DNA of 64,000 nucleotides from Escherichia coli (GTDB lineage: Bacteria; Pseudomonadota; Gammaproteobacteria; Enterobacterales; Enterobacteriaceae): NCBI RefSeq assembly GCF_003334255.1, contig NZ_QOWU01000012.1; one strand, 5' to 3'. Positions 22,724 through 33,328 of this stretch are shown piece after piece; positions within the stretch are counted from its first letter, which is position 1, and every line of letters starts with the position of its first letter. The notes beneath the pieces are model-generated. The model did no database searches. It saw only the letters and a program-made list of their open reading frames with translations, and was not told the origin of the DNA. A program made the translations under genes and the position numbers.

Positions 22724-24403
22724 ATGAAACAGAAAATTACGGATTACCTGGACGAAATCTACGGTGGAACATTTACCGCAACTCATTTACAGAAACTTGT
22801 AACGCGTCTTGAGAGTGCGAAACGATTAATTACACAGCGACGTAAAAAACACTGGGATGAAAGTGATGTCGTGTTAATTACCTATGCCGATCAATTTCAC
22901 AGCAATGATTTAAAACCATTACCCACATTTAATCAGTTTTACCATCAATGGCTGCAAAGCATTTTTTCACATGTTCATTTGTTGCCGTTTTATCCATGGT
23001 CATCTGATGATGGCTTTTCGGTAATTGATTATCATCAGGTCGCCAGTGAAGCGGGGGAGTGGCAGGATATTCAGCAACTCGGTGAATGCAGTCATTTAAT
23101 GTTTGATTTTGTCTGCAACCATATGTCGGCAAAAAGTGAATGGTTTAAAAACTATTTACAACAGCATCCAGGTTTTGAAGATTTTTTTATTGCCGTTGAC
23201 CCGCAAACCGATCTCAGCGCCGTCACTCGCCCGCGTGCGTTACCGTTATTAACGCCATTCCAGATGCGCGATCATTCAACGCGCCATTTATGGACCACCT
23301 TTAGTGACGATCAAATTGACCTGAATTACCGTAGCCCTGAAGTGTTGCTGGCGATGGTGGATGTTTTACTCTGTTACCTTGCGAAAGGTGCTGAGTATGT
23401 CCGCCTGGATGCCGTTGGCTTTATGTGGAAAGAGCCGGGAACAAGCTGCATCCATCTGGAAAAAACACATCTGATTATCAAACTGTTACGGTCGATTATT
23501 GATAACGTTGCGCCAGGTACAGTGATCATTACCGAGACCAATGTTCCGCATAAAGACAACATTGCTTACTTTGGCGCAGGCGATGACGAAGCACATATGG
23601 TGTACCAGTTCTCGCTGCCGCCACTGGTGCTGCATGCGGTGCAAAAACAGAACGTTGAGGCGCTTTGTGCGTGGGCGCAAAACCTGACACTACCTTCCAG
23701 CAACACCACCTGGTTTAACTTCCTCGCCTCTCACGATGGCATCGGGCTAAACCCGCTACGGGGCTTGTTGCCTGAAAGCGAAATATTAGAGCTGGTCGAG
23801 GCGTTACAGCAGGAAGGTGCATTAGTAAACTGGAAAAATAATCCCGACGGTACACGCAGTCCGTATGAAATAAATGTGACCTATATGGATGCGTTAAGCC
23901 GCCGTGAGAGTAGCGATGAAGAACGTTGCGCCAGGTTTATCCTTGCCCATGCGATTTTGTTAAGTTTCCCCGGTGTGCCAGCGATATATATTCAAAGTAT
24001 TCTTGGCTCGCGTAATGATTACGCAGGTGTCGAAAAACTCGGATATAACCGTGCGATTAACCGTAAAAAATATCACAGTAAAGAGATAACCCGAGAACTG
24101 AACGATGAAGCTACATTAAGGCATGCGGTATATCATGAGTTGTCGCGTTTAATTACACTTCGTCGCAGCCATAACGAGTTTCATCCGGATAATAATTTTA
24201 CCATTGATACGATTAATTCATCCGTAATGCGTATTCAAAGAAGTAACGCTGATGGTAATTGTCTGACTGGATTGTTTAATGTCAGTAAAAATATTCAGCA
24301 TGTAAATATTACTAATCTGCATGGTCGGGATCTGATTAGTGAAGTTGATATATTGGGTAATGAAATAACGCTGCGCCCCTGGCAGGTTATGTGGATTAAA
24401 TAA
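22724..24403 (+). CDS. ycjM: GH13_18 glycoside phosphorylase (glucosylglycerate phosphorylase) YcjM
   Basis: MKQKITDYLDEIYGG... from ATG 22724 (559 aa), sucrose-phosphorylase-like. Confidence 0.88.
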   Translation: MKQKITDYLDEIYGGTFTATHLQKLVTRLESAKRLITQRRKKHWDESDVVLITYADQFHSNDLKPLPTFNQFYHQWLQSIFSHVHLLPFYPWSSDDGFSVIDYHQVASEAGEWQDIQQLGECSHLMFDFVCNHMSAKSEWFKNYLQQHPGFEDFFIAVDPQTDLSAVTRPRALPLLTPFQMRDHSTRHLWTTFSDDQIDLNYRSPEVLLAMVDVLLCYLAKGAEYVRLDAVGFMWKEPGTSCIHLEKTHLIIKLLRSIIDNVAPGTVIITETNVPHKDNIAYFGAGDDEAHMVYQFSLPPLVLHAVQKQNVEALCAWAQNLTLPSSNTTWFNFLASHDGIGLNPLRGLLPESEILELVEALQQEGALVNWKNNPDGTRSPYEINVTYMDALSRRESSDEERCARFILAHAILLSFPGVPAIYIQSILGSRNDYAGVEKLGYNRAINRKKYHSKEITRELNDEATLRHAVYHELSRLITLRRSHNEFHPDNNFTIDTINSSVMRIQRSNADGNCLTGLFNVSKNIQHVNITNLHGRDLISEVDILGNEITLRPWQVMWIK

Positions 24404-24416
24404 AAAGGAACATCTC

Positions 24417-25709
24417 ATGATTAAATCAAAAATCGTGCTGTTATCAGCACTGGTTTCATGCGCCCTGATTTCAGGCTGTAAAGAAGAAAATAAAACGAAT
24501 GTATCCATCGAATTTATGCATTCTTCGGTGGAGCAGGAGCGCCAGGCCGTTATCAGAAAATTGATTGCCCGTTTTGAAAAAGAAAACCCTGGCATCACCG
24601 TTAAGCAAGTGCCCGTGGAAGAAGATGCTTATAACACTAAAGTCATTACTCTTTCACGTAGCGGTTCGCTGCCGGAAGTGATCGAAACCAGCCATGACTA
24701 CGCCAAAGTGATGGACAAAGAGCAGCTTATCGATCGCAAAGCGGTTGCCACAGTCATCAGCAACGTTGGTGAAGGCGCGTTTTACGATGGCGTACTGCGT
24801 ATTGTGCGTACCGAAGATGGTAGCGCATGGACCGGTGTTCCTGTCAGCGCCTGGATTGGCGGTATCTGGTATCGCAAAGATGTGCTGGCAAAAGCGGGGC
24901 TTGAGGAGCCGAAAAACTGGCAACAGCTGCTGGACGTTGCACAGAAACTGAATGACCCGGCGAATAAAAAATACGGCATTGCGCTGCCTACAGCAGAAAG
25001 CGTGTTGACGGAACAATCCTTCTCCCAGTTTGCGTTATCCAACCAGGCTAACGTCTTTAACGCCGAAGGCAAAATCACCCTTGATACACCAGAGATGATG
25101 CAGGCACTGACCTATTACCGCGACCTTGCTGCCAACACTATGCCGGGTTCTAACGACATCATGGAAGTGAAAGACGCCTTTATGAACGGCACCGCGCCGA
25201 TGGCGATTTACTCCACCTATATCCTTCCGGCTGTGATTAAAGAAGGCGACCCGAAAAACGTCGGTTTCGTGGTGCCAACCGAGAAAAACTCTGCGGTCTA
25301 CGGCATGTTGACCTCGCTGACCATTACCGCCGGGCAAAAGACCGAAGAGACGGAAGCAGCAGAAAAATTTGTCACCTTTATGGAGCAGGCAGACAACATT
25401 GCCGACTGGGTGATGATGTCGCCAGGTGCTGCGCTGCCGGTGAATAAAGCGGTGGTGACTACCGCCACCTGGAAAGACAACGACGTTATTAAGGCGCTGG
25501 GTGAACTACCGAATCAGCTAATCGGTGAACTGCCAAATATTCAGGTTTTTGGCGCAGTAGGGGATAAAAACTTTACCCGCATGGGTGATGTGACGGGTTC
25601 TGGCGTGGTGAGTTCAATGGTGCATAACGTCACCGTGGGTAAAGCCGATCTCTCTACTACGCTGCAAGCGAGCCAGAAAAAACTGGATGAACTGATCGAA
25701 CAGCACTAA
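24417..25709 (+). CDS. ycjN: Sugar ABC transporter periplasmic binding protein YcjN
   Basis: 430 aa with a lipoprotein-type signal (LISGCKEE). Confidence 0.88.
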   Translation: MIKSKIVLLSALVSCALISGCKEENKTNVSIEFMHSSVEQERQAVIRKLIARFEKENPGITVKQVPVEEDAYNTKVITLSRSGSLPEVIETSHDYAKVMDKEQLIDRKAVATVISNVGEGAFYDGVLRIVRTEDGSAWTGVPVSAWIGGIWYRKDVLAKAGLEEPKNWQQLLDVAQKLNDPANKKYGIALPTAESVLTEQSFSQFALSNQANVFNAEGKITLDTPEMMQALTYYRDLAANTMPGSNDIMEVKDAFMNGTAPMAIYSTYILPAVIKEGDPKNVGFVVPTEKNSAVYGMLTSLTITAGQKTEETEAAEKFVTFMEQADNIADWVMMSPGAALPVNKAVVTTATWKDNDVIKALGELPNQLIGELPNIQVFGAVGDKNFTRMGDVTGSGVVSSMVHNVTVGKADLSTTLQASQKKLDELIEQH

Positions 25710-25729
25710 ACCCAGGACAGGAATCCGCA

Positions 25730-26611
25730 ATGAACAGGCTTTTTTCAGGTCGTTCCGATATGCCCTTTGCGCTGCTGCTTCTCGCGCCCAGCTTATTACT
25801 GCTGGGCGGTCTGGTGGCGTGGCCGATGGTGTCGAATATCGAAATCAGTTTTTTACGTCTGCCGCTCAATCCCAACATCGAGTCAATGTTTGTTGGGGTG
25901 AGCAACTATGTGCGTATCCTCTCCGATCCCGGCTTCTGGCATTCGCTGTGGATGACGGTCTGGTATACCGCGCTGGTGGTGGCGGGCAGCACCGTGCTCG
26001 GGCTGGCGGTGGCGATGTTTTTCAACCGCGAGTTCCGCCTGCGCAAAACCGCGCGTTCGCTGGTGATCCTCTCCTACGTAACGCCGTCCATTTCGCTGGT
26101 GTTCGCCTGGAAATACATGTTCAACAACGGCTACGGCATTGTTAACTACCTCGGCGTCGATCTTCTGCATCTCTATGAGCAGGCACCGCTGTGGTTCGAT
26201 AATCCGGGCAGTAGCTTTGTGCTGGTGGTGCTGTTCGCCATCTGGCGCTACTTCCCGTATGCCTTTATCTCGTTTCTGGCGATTTTGCAGACCATCGACA
26301 AATCGCTGTACGAAGCGGCAGAGATGGATGGCGCTAATGCCTGGCAACGGTTTCGTATCGTCACGCTGCCCGCAATTATGCCGGTCCTGGCGACGGTGGT
26401 GACACTGCGCACCATCTGGATGTTCTACATGTTCGCGGATGTTTATTTGCTGACGACCAAGGTCGATATTCTCGGTGTATATCTCTACAAAACCGCCTTT
26501 GCCTTTAATGATTTAGGAAAAGCGGCGGCGATCTCGGTGGTGCTCTTCATCATTATTTTCGCTGTCATTCTGCTGACCAGGAAACGGGTGAACCTCAATG
26601 GCAACAAATAA
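25730..26611 (+). CDS. ycjO: Sugar ABC transporter permease YcjO
   Basis: 293 aa, MalF-like permease. Confidence 0.88.
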   Translation: MNRLFSGRSDMPFALLLLAPSLLLLGGLVAWPMVSNIEISFLRLPLNPNIESMFVGVSNYVRILSDPGFWHSLWMTVWYTALVVAGSTVLGLAVAMFFNREFRLRKTARSLVILSYVTPSISLVFAWKYMFNNGYGIVNYLGVDLLHLYEQAPLWFDNPGSSFVLVVLFAIWRYFPYAFISFLAILQTIDKSLYEAAEMDGANAWQRFRIVTLPAIMPVLATVVTLRTIWMFYMFADVYLLTTKVDILGVYLYKTAFAFNDLGKAAAISVVLFIIIFAVILLTRKRVNLNGNK

Positions 26612-27440
26612 ACGCACACTCAGTCGCATCGGTTTTTACTGCGGGCTGGCGCTGTTTCTCATCATCACGCTGTTTCCATTTTTTGTGATGCTGATGACCT
26701 CGTTCAAGGGCGCGAAAGAGGCGATCTCACTGCATCCTACGCTGCTGCCGCAGCAGTGGACGCTGGAGCATTACGTCGACATTTTTAACCCGATGATTTT
26801 CCCGTTTGTCGACTACTTCCGTAACAGTCTGGTGGTGTCTGTGGTTTCATCCGTGGTGGCGGTATTCCTCGGCATTCTTGGGGCTTACGCGCTTTCCCGC
26901 CTGCGCTTTAAAGGTCGGATGACCATCAACGCCAGCTTTTACACGGCGTATATGTTCTCTGGCATTTTGCTGGTGGTGCCGCTTTTCAAAATCATCACCG
27001 CGCTTGGCATTTACGACACTGAGATGGCGCTGATCATCACCATGGTGACGCAAACTCTGCCCACCGCCGTGTTTATGCTGAAAAGCTACTTCGACACCAT
27101 CCCCGATGAGATCGAAGAAGCGGCGATGATGGATGGCCTCAACCGTCTGCAAATTATCTTCCGCATCACCGTGCCGTTGGCGATGTCCGGGCTGATATCC
27201 GTGTTCGTCTACTGCTTTATGGTGGCGTGGAACGACTATCTGTTTGCGTCGATTTTCCTCTCCAGCGCCAGCAATTTCACCTTACCGGTGGGCCTGAACG
27301 CGCTGTTCAGTACGCCAGATTACATCTGGGGACGGATGATGGCGGCCTCACTGGTGACCGCATTGCCGGTGGTGATTATGTATGCGCTTTCGGAACGTTT
27401 TATTAAGAGTGGTTTGACCGCCGGTGGCGTGAAGGGCTAA
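26598..27440 (+). CDS. ycjP: Sugar ABC transporter permease YcjP
   Basis: 280 aa, MalG-like, overlaps ycjO. Confidence 0.88.
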   Translation: MATNKRTLSRIGFYCGLALFLIITLFPFFVMLMTSFKGAKEAISLHPTLLPQQWTLEHYVDIFNPMIFPFVDYFRNSLVVSVVSSVVAVFLGILGAYALSRLRFKGRMTINASFYTAYMFSGILLVVPLFKIITALGIYDTEMALIITMVTQTLPTAVFMLKSYFDTIPDEIEEAAMMDGLNRLQIIFRITVPLAMSGLISVFVYCFMVAWNDYLFASIFLSSASNFTLPVGLNALFSTPDYIWGRMMAASLVTALPVVIMYALSERFIKSGLTAGGVKG

Positions 27441-27470
27441 AGCGGCCAGTTTCTTTACAAGGAGTTTTAA

Positions 27471-28523
27471 ATGAAAAAGTTAGTAGCCACAGCACCGCGT
27501 GTTGCTGCGCTGGTTGAGTATGAAGATCGGGCGATTTTAGCTAATGAAGTGAAGATCCGCGTGCGTTTCGGCGCACCGAAACACGGAACGGAAGTGGTCG
27601 ACTTCCGCGCCGCCAGCCCGTTTATTGATGAAGACTTTAACGGCGAATGGCAGATGTTCACTCCGCGTCCGGCAGATGCGCCGCGCGGCATTGAGTTTGG
27701 CAAATTCCAGCTTGGCAACATGGTGGTTGGCGACATTATCGAGTGCGGCAGCGACGTTACCGACTACGCGGTGGGCGACAGCGTATGCGGCTACGGCCCG
27801 CTCTCCGAGACGGTCATCATTAACGCAGTGAATAACTACAAGCTGCGCAAAATGCCGCAAGGCAGCTCCTGGAAAAACGCCGTCTGCTACGACCCGGCGC
27901 AGTTTGCCATGAGCGGCGTGCGCGATGCCAACGTGCGCGTAGGGGATTTTGTGGTGGTGGTAGGGCTTGGCGCAATCGGTCAAATTGCCATCCAACTGGC
28001 TAAACGCGCTGGCGCTTCTGTGGTGATTGGCGTCGATCCTATCGCCCATCGCTGTGATATTGCCCGTCGCCACGGCGCGGATTTCTGCCTTAACCCCATC
28101 GGCACTGATGTAGGTAAAGAGATCAAAACGCTGACCGGCAAGCAGGGTGCCGATGTGATTATCGAAACCAGCGGCTACGCCGACGCGCTGCAATCGGCGC
28201 TCCGCGGTCTGGCTTATGGCGGCACCATCTCCTATGTCGCGTTTGCCAAGCCGTTTGCCGAAGGTTTTAACCTCGGACGCGAAGCGCATTTCAATAACGC
28301 CAAAATTGTCTTCTCTCGCGCGTGCAGCGAACCGAACCCGGATTATCCGCGCTGGAGCCGCAAGCGTATTGAAGAAACCTGTTGGGAACTGCTGATGAAC
28401 GGTTATCTCAATTGCGAAGATTTAATCGACCCGGTGGTGACCTTTGCCAATAGCCCGGAAAGCTATATGCAGTATGTCGACCAGCATCCGGAACAGAGCA
28501 TCAAAATGGGCGTTACGTTTTAA
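27471..28523 (+). CDS. ycjQ: Zn-dependent (MDR family) sugar dehydrogenase YcjQ
   Basis: 350 aa; GLGAIGQ NAD-binding motif. Confidence 0.88.
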   Translation: MKKLVATAPRVAALVEYEDRAILANEVKIRVRFGAPKHGTEVVDFRAASPFIDEDFNGEWQMFTPRPADAPRGIEFGKFQLGNMVVGDIIECGSDVTDYAVGDSVCGYGPLSETVIINAVNNYKLRKMPQGSSWKNAVCYDPAQFAMSGVRDANVRVGDFVVVVGLGAIGQIAIQLAKRAGASVVIGVDPIAHRCDIARRHGADFCLNPIGTDVGKEIKTLTGKQGADVIIETSGYADALQSALRGLAYGGTISYVAFAKPFAEGFNLGREAHFNNAKIVFSRACSEPNPDYPRWSRKRIEETCWELLMNGYLNCEDLIDPVVTFANSPESYMQYVDQHPEQSIKMGVTF

Positions 28524-28541
28524 TTCAAAGGAATGAAAAAA

Positions 28542-29330
28542 ATGAAAATCGGCACACAGAATCAGGCGTTCTTTCCGGAAAACATTCTGGAGAAATTTCG
28601 TTATATCAAAGAGATGGGCTTCGATGGTTTTGAGATTGACGGCAAACTGCTGGTCAACAACATCGAAGAAGTCAAAGCGGCGATCAAAGAAACCGGTTTA
28701 CCGGTGACCACCGCCTGCGGTGGCTATGACGGCTGGATTGGTGACTTTATCGAAGAGCGTCGTCTTAATGGCTTAAAGCAGATCGAACGCATTCTCGAAG
28801 CGCTGGCAGAAGTGGGCGGTAAAGGTATCGTCGTTCCGGCAGCGTGGGGCATGTTTACCTTCCGCTTACCGCCGATGACTTCACCGCGTAGTCTGGACGG
28901 CGACCGCAAAATGGTGAGTGATTCCCTGCGCGTACTGGAGCAGGTCGCCGCGCGTACCGGAACCGTGGTGTATCTCGAACCGTTAAACCGCTATCAGGAT
29001 CATATGATCAACACCCTCGCCGATGCTCGTCGTTACATCGTCGAAAACAATCTTAAACATGTGCAGATTATCGGGGATTTCTATCACATGAACATCGAAG
29101 AAGATAACCTGGCGCAGGCGCTGCACGACAACCGTGACTTGCTCGGTCATGTGCATATTGCCGATAACCATCGTTACCAGCCGGGCAGCGGCACCCTCGA
29201 TTTCCACGCGCTGTTTGAACAGCTGCGCGCCGATAACTATCAGGGTTATGTGGTGTATGAAGGGCGTATCCGGGCAGAAGATCCTGCCCAGGCGTACCGT
29301 GATTCGTTGGCCTGGTTGCGTACCTGCTAA
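28542..29330 (+). CDS. ycjR: Xylose-isomerase-like TIM-barrel sugar epimerase YcjR
   Basis: MKIGTQNQAFFPENILEKF... (262 aa) from ATG 28542. The ORF-track start at 28533 is also possible. Confidence 0.82.
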   Translation: MKIGTQNQAFFPENILEKFRYIKEMGFDGFEIDGKLLVNNIEEVKAAIKETGLPVTTACGGYDGWIGDFIEERRLNGLKQIERILEALAEVGGKGIVVPAAWGMFTFRLPPMTSPRSLDGDRKMVSDSLRVLEQVAARTGTVVYLEPLNRYQDHMINTLADARRYIVENNLKHVQIIGDFYHMNIEEDNLAQALHDNRDLLGHVHIADNHRYQPGSGTLDFHALFEQLRADNYQGYVVYEGRIRAEDPAQAYRDSLAWLRTC

Positions 29331-29339
29331 GAGGTCTTT

Positions 29340-30395
29340 GTGAAAAGTGCAATGACAAGCTCTCCGCTGCGGGTCGCGATAATAGGCGCAGGCCAGGTTG
29401 CGGATAAGGTCCATGCTTCGTACTACTGCACCCGCAACGATCTGGAACTGGTGGCTGTCTGTGACAGCCGCCTTTCCCAGGCGCAGGCGCTGGCAGAAAA
29501 ATACGGGAATGCATCCGTGTGGGACGATCCGCAGGCCATGCTGCTGGCGGTGAAACCTGACGTGGTTAGCGTCTGCTCACCTAATCGTTTTCATTACGAA
29601 CATACCCTGATGGCGCTTGAAGCGGGCTGCCATGTGATGTGCGAAAAACCGCCCGCCATGACGCCAGGTCAGGCGCGGGAAATGTGCGATACCGCGCGCA
29701 AACAGGGCAAGGTGCTGGCCTACGACTTTCACCATCGTTTTGCGCTCGATACGCAACAGCTGCGTGAACAGGTGACCAACGGCGTTTTGGGAGAGATTTA
29801 CGTTACCACCGCCCGCGCCCTGCGTCGCTGCGGCGTTCCCGGCTGGGGTGTCTTTACCAATAAAGAACTGCAGGGTGGTGGCCCGCTGATCGACATCGGC
29901 ATTCATATGCTGGATGCTGCGATGTATGTGCTGGGCTTTCCGGCGGTGAAAAGCGTGAATGCGCATAGCTTTCAAAAGATCGGCACGCAAAAGAGCTGTG
30001 GTCAATTTGGTGAGTGGGATCCGGCAACTTACAGCGTCGAAGATTCGCTGTTTGGCACCATTGAATTTCATAACGGCGGCATTCTGTGGCTGGAAACGTC
30101 ATTTGCACTCAACATCCGCGAACAGTCGATTATGAACGTCAGCTTTTGTGGTGATAAAGCTGGTGCGACGCTGTTTCCAGCACATATCTACACCGATAAC
30201 AACGGTGAATTAATGACGCTGATGCAACGGGAAATGGCAGACGACAACCGCCATTTGCGCAGCATGGAAGCCTTTATCAATCACGTACAGGGCAAGCCCG
30301 TGATGATAGCCGACGCCGAGCAGGGGTACATCATCCAGCAACTGGTGGCGGCGTTGTATCAATCCGCAGAAACAGGGACGCGTGTGGAATTATGA
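29340..30395 (+). CDS. ycjS: Gfo/Idh/MocA-family NAD-dependent glycoside 3-dehydrogenase YcjS
   Basis: 351 aa, GTG start, Rossmann IIGAGQVA. Confidence 0.85.
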   Translation: MKSAMTSSPLRVAIIGAGQVADKVHASYYCTRNDLELVAVCDSRLSQAQALAEKYGNASVWDDPQAMLLAVKPDVVSVCSPNRFHYEHTLMALEAGCHVMCEKPPAMTPGQAREMCDTARKQGKVLAYDFHHRFALDTQQLREQVTNGVLGEIYVTTARALRRCGVPGWGVFTNKELQGGGPLIDIGIHMLDAAMYVLGFPAVKSVNAHSFQKIGTQKSCGQFGEWDPATYSVEDSLFGTIEFHNGGILWLETSFALNIREQSIMNVSFCGDKAGATLFPAHIYTDNNGELMTLMQREMADDNRHLRSMEAFINHVQGKPVMIADAEQGYIIQQLVAALYQSAETGTRVEL

Positions 30396-32659
30396 CCAGG
30401 CCAGTAACGTTATCAGAACCCCATTTCAGCCAGCATACCCTGAACAAGTATGCATCGCTGATGGCGCAGGGGAACGGCTATCTTGGGCTTCGCGCCAGCC
30501 ATGAAGAAGATTACACGCGCCAGACGCGAGGGATGTATCTGGCGGGGCTGTATCATCGGGCGGGAAAAGGTGAAATCAACGAACTGGTGAACCTGCCTGA
30601 TGTCGTGGGGATGGAGATTGCCATAAATGGTGAGGTTTTCTCGTTATCCCACGAAGCCTGGCAGCGTGAGCTTGACTTTGCCAGTGGCGAATTACGCCGC
30701 AATGTTGTCTGGCGTACCAGCAACGGCTCAGGTTACACCATCGCCAGCCGTCGCTTTGTTTCGGCAGACCAACTGCCGCTCATTGCGCTGGAAATCACTA
30801 TTACGCCACTGGACGCCGACGCGTCAGTGCTGATTTCAACAGGCATTGACGCCACGCAAACCAATCACGGTCGCCAACATCTCGACGAAACCCAGGTGCG
30901 GGTGTTTGGTCAGCATCTGATGCAGGGGAGCTACACCACCCAGGATGGACGCAGTGATGTGGCCATCAGCTGTTGCTGTAAGGTGAGCGGTGATGTGCAG
31001 CAATGCTATACCGCCAAAGAGCGCCGTTTACTGCAACATACCAGTGCGCAGCTTCATGCAGGCGAGACAATGACGTTGCAAAAACTGGTGTGGATCGACT
31101 GGCGGGATGACAGGCAAGCTGCTTTAGACGAGTGGGGCAGCGCGTCGCTTCGCCAGCTTGAAATGTGCGCGCAGCAGAGTTACGACCAACTTCTTGCAGC
31201 ATCAACAGAAAACTGGCGTCAATGGTGGCAGAAACGTCGTATCACGGTAAATGGCGGCGAAGCGCACGATCAGCAAGCGTTAGATTATGCGCTTTATCAT
31301 CTGCGCATCATGACGCCTGCCCACGACGAGCGCAGCAGCATTGCGGCAAAAGGCTTAACCGGCGAAGGCTACAAAGGCCACGTTTTCTGGGATACAGAAG
31401 TATTTTTGTTACCGTTTCATCTGTTTAGCGATCCGACGGTTGCCCGAAGTTTACTGCGTTATCGCTGGCACAACTTGCCAGGCGCGCAGGAGAAAGCGCG
31501 ACGCAACGGCTGGCAGGGCGCGCTATTTCCGTGGGAAAGCGCGCGCAGCGGCGAAGAAGAGACGCCGGAATTTGCCGCCATTAACATTCGCACCGGGCTG
31601 CGGCAAAAAGTGGCCTCGGCGCAGGCGGAACATCATCTGGTGGCCGATATCGCCTGGGCGGTTATTCAATACTGGCAGACCACGGGGGATGAAAGTTTCA
31701 TTGCGCATGAAGGCATGGCGCTACTTCTGGAGACGGCAAAGTTCTGGATTAGCCGCGCGGTGAGAGTTAACGATCGTCTGGAAATTCATGATGTTATTGG
31801 GCCAGACGAATATACCGAACATGTCAATAATAATGCATACACCAGCTATATGGCCCGCTACAACGTTCAACAGGCGCTGAATATTGCCCGCCAGTTCGGC
31901 TGTAGCGACGATGCGTTTATCCATCGCGCCGAAATGTTCCTCAAAGAGCTATGGATGCCAGAAATTCAGCCCGACGGCGTTTTGCCGCAGGATGATTCGT
32001 TTATGGCTAAGCCGGCGATTAATCTGGCGAAATACAAAGCGGCGGCGGGGAAGCAAACCATACTGCTGGATTATTCACGCGCAGAAGTGAACGAGATGCA
32101 GATCCTCAAACAAGCTGATGTGGTGATGCTCAATTACATGCTGCCGGAGCAGTTCTCAGCGGCATCGTGTCTTGCCAATCTGCAATTTTATGAACCGCGC
32201 ACTATTCACGACTCGTCATTAAATAAAGCAATCCACGGCATTGTTGCCGCACGCTGTGGCCTGCTGACCCAAAGTTATCAGTTCTGGCGCGAGGGGACTG
32301 AAATCGATCTTGGTGCTGATCCGCATAGTTGTGATGATGGTATCCATGCTGCCGCAACTGGCGCTATCTGGCTGGGGGCGATTCAGGGTTTTGCCGGGGT
32401 GAGCGTGCGTGACGGTGAATTGCATCTCAATCCGGCGTTACCTGAGCAGTGGCAACAGTTGTCTTTCCCTCTGTTCTGGCAGGGCTGCGAATTACAGGTC
32501 ACTCTTGACGCGCAGCGTATTGCGATTCGAACTTCTGCGCCCGTTTCACTGCGTTTGAACGGTCAGCTTATAACCGTGGCTGAAGAATCTGTTTTCTGTT
32601 TGGGTGATTTTATTTTGCCCTTCAATGGGACCGCTACCAAACATCAGGAGGATGAATGA
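30392..32659 (+). CDS. ycjT: GH65 kojibiose phosphorylase YcjT
   Basis: 755 aa; overlaps ycjS by 4 bp. Confidence 0.88.
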   Translation: MTRPVTLSEPHFSQHTLNKYASLMAQGNGYLGLRASHEEDYTRQTRGMYLAGLYHRAGKGEINELVNLPDVVGMEIAINGEVFSLSHEAWQRELDFASGELRRNVVWRTSNGSGYTIASRRFVSADQLPLIALEITITPLDADASVLISTGIDATQTNHGRQHLDETQVRVFGQHLMQGSYTTQDGRSDVAISCCCKVSGDVQQCYTAKERRLLQHTSAQLHAGETMTLQKLVWIDWRDDRQAALDEWGSASLRQLEMCAQQSYDQLLAASTENWRQWWQKRRITVNGGEAHDQQALDYALYHLRIMTPAHDERSSIAAKGLTGEGYKGHVFWDTEVFLLPFHLFSDPTVARSLLRYRWHNLPGAQEKARRNGWQGALFPWESARSGEEETPEFAAINIRTGLRQKVASAQAEHHLVADIAWAVIQYWQTTGDESFIAHEGMALLLETAKFWISRAVRVNDRLEIHDVIGPDEYTEHVNNNAYTSYMARYNVQQALNIARQFGCSDDAFIHRAEMFLKELWMPEIQPDGVLPQDDSFMAKPAINLAKYKAAAGKQTILLDYSRAEVNEMQILKQADVVMLNYMLPEQFSAASCLANLQFYEPRTIHDSSLNKAIHGIVAARCGLLTQSYQFWREGTEIDLGADPHSCDDGIHAAATGAIWLGAIQGFAGVSVRDGELHLNPALPEQWQQLSFPLFWQGCELQVTLDAQRIAIRTSAPVSLRLNGQLITVAEESVFCLGDFILPFNGTATKHQEDE

Positions 32660-33315
32660 AACTGCAAGGGGTAATTTTCGATCTGGATGGTGTAATCACC
32701 GATACCGCGCATCTGCATTTCCAGGCGTGGCAGCAGATTGCCGCTGAAATTGGCATCAGCATTGATGCGCAGTTTAACGAATCCCTAAAAGGGATCAGCC
32801 GCGATGAGTCTCTGCGGCGCATTCTGCAACACGGGGGCAAAGAGGGCGACTTTAACTCGCAGGAGAGGGCGCAACTGGCGTATCGCAAAAATCTGCTCTA
32901 TGTCCACTCACTACGCGAGTTGACGGTCAACGCTGTTCTACCCGGCATTCGCTCTTTGCTGGCAGATCTCCGTGCACAGCAGATCTCGGTTGGGCTGGCT
33001 TCTGTCTCCCTGAATTCGCCGACGATTTTAGCGGCGCTGGAGCTGCGCGAGTTTTTCACCTTCTGCGCGGATGCTTCCCAACTTAAAAACTCGAAACCGG
33101 ACCCGGAAATCTTTCTCGCCGCCTGTGCAGGGCTGGGCGTGCCGCCGCAGGCATGTATCGGCATTGAAGATGCGCAGGCGGGCATTGACGCCATTAACGC
33201 CAGCGGTATGCGCTCGGTGGGGATCGGCGCGGGCTTAACCGGGGCGCAATTACTGTTGCCTTCAACGGAATCACTCACCTGGCCGCGGTTATCGGCCTTC
33301 TGGCAAAACGTATAG
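32656..33315 (+). CDS. ycjU: Beta-phosphoglucomutase YcjU (HAD superfamily)
   Basis: 219 aa; the DLDGV motif [11 protein letters not shown]. Confidence 0.9.
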   Translation: MKLQGVIFDLDGVITDTAHLHFQAWQQIAAEIGISIDAQFNESLKGISRDESLRRILQHGGKEGDFNSQERAQLAYRKNLLYVHSLRELTVNAVLPGIRSLLADLRAQQISVGLASVSLNSPTILAALELREFFTFCADASQLKNSKPDPEIFLAACAGLGVPPQACIGIEDAQAGIDAINASGMRSVGIGAGLTGAQLLLPSTESLTWPRLSAFWQNV

Positions 33316-33328
33316 CAAAGGAATCAAC

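Noticed and set aside
27537-28289. 250-aa minus-strand ORF
   Set aside because: Entirely inside ycjQ on the opposite strand; Ala/Arg-rich and without a ribosome-binding site.
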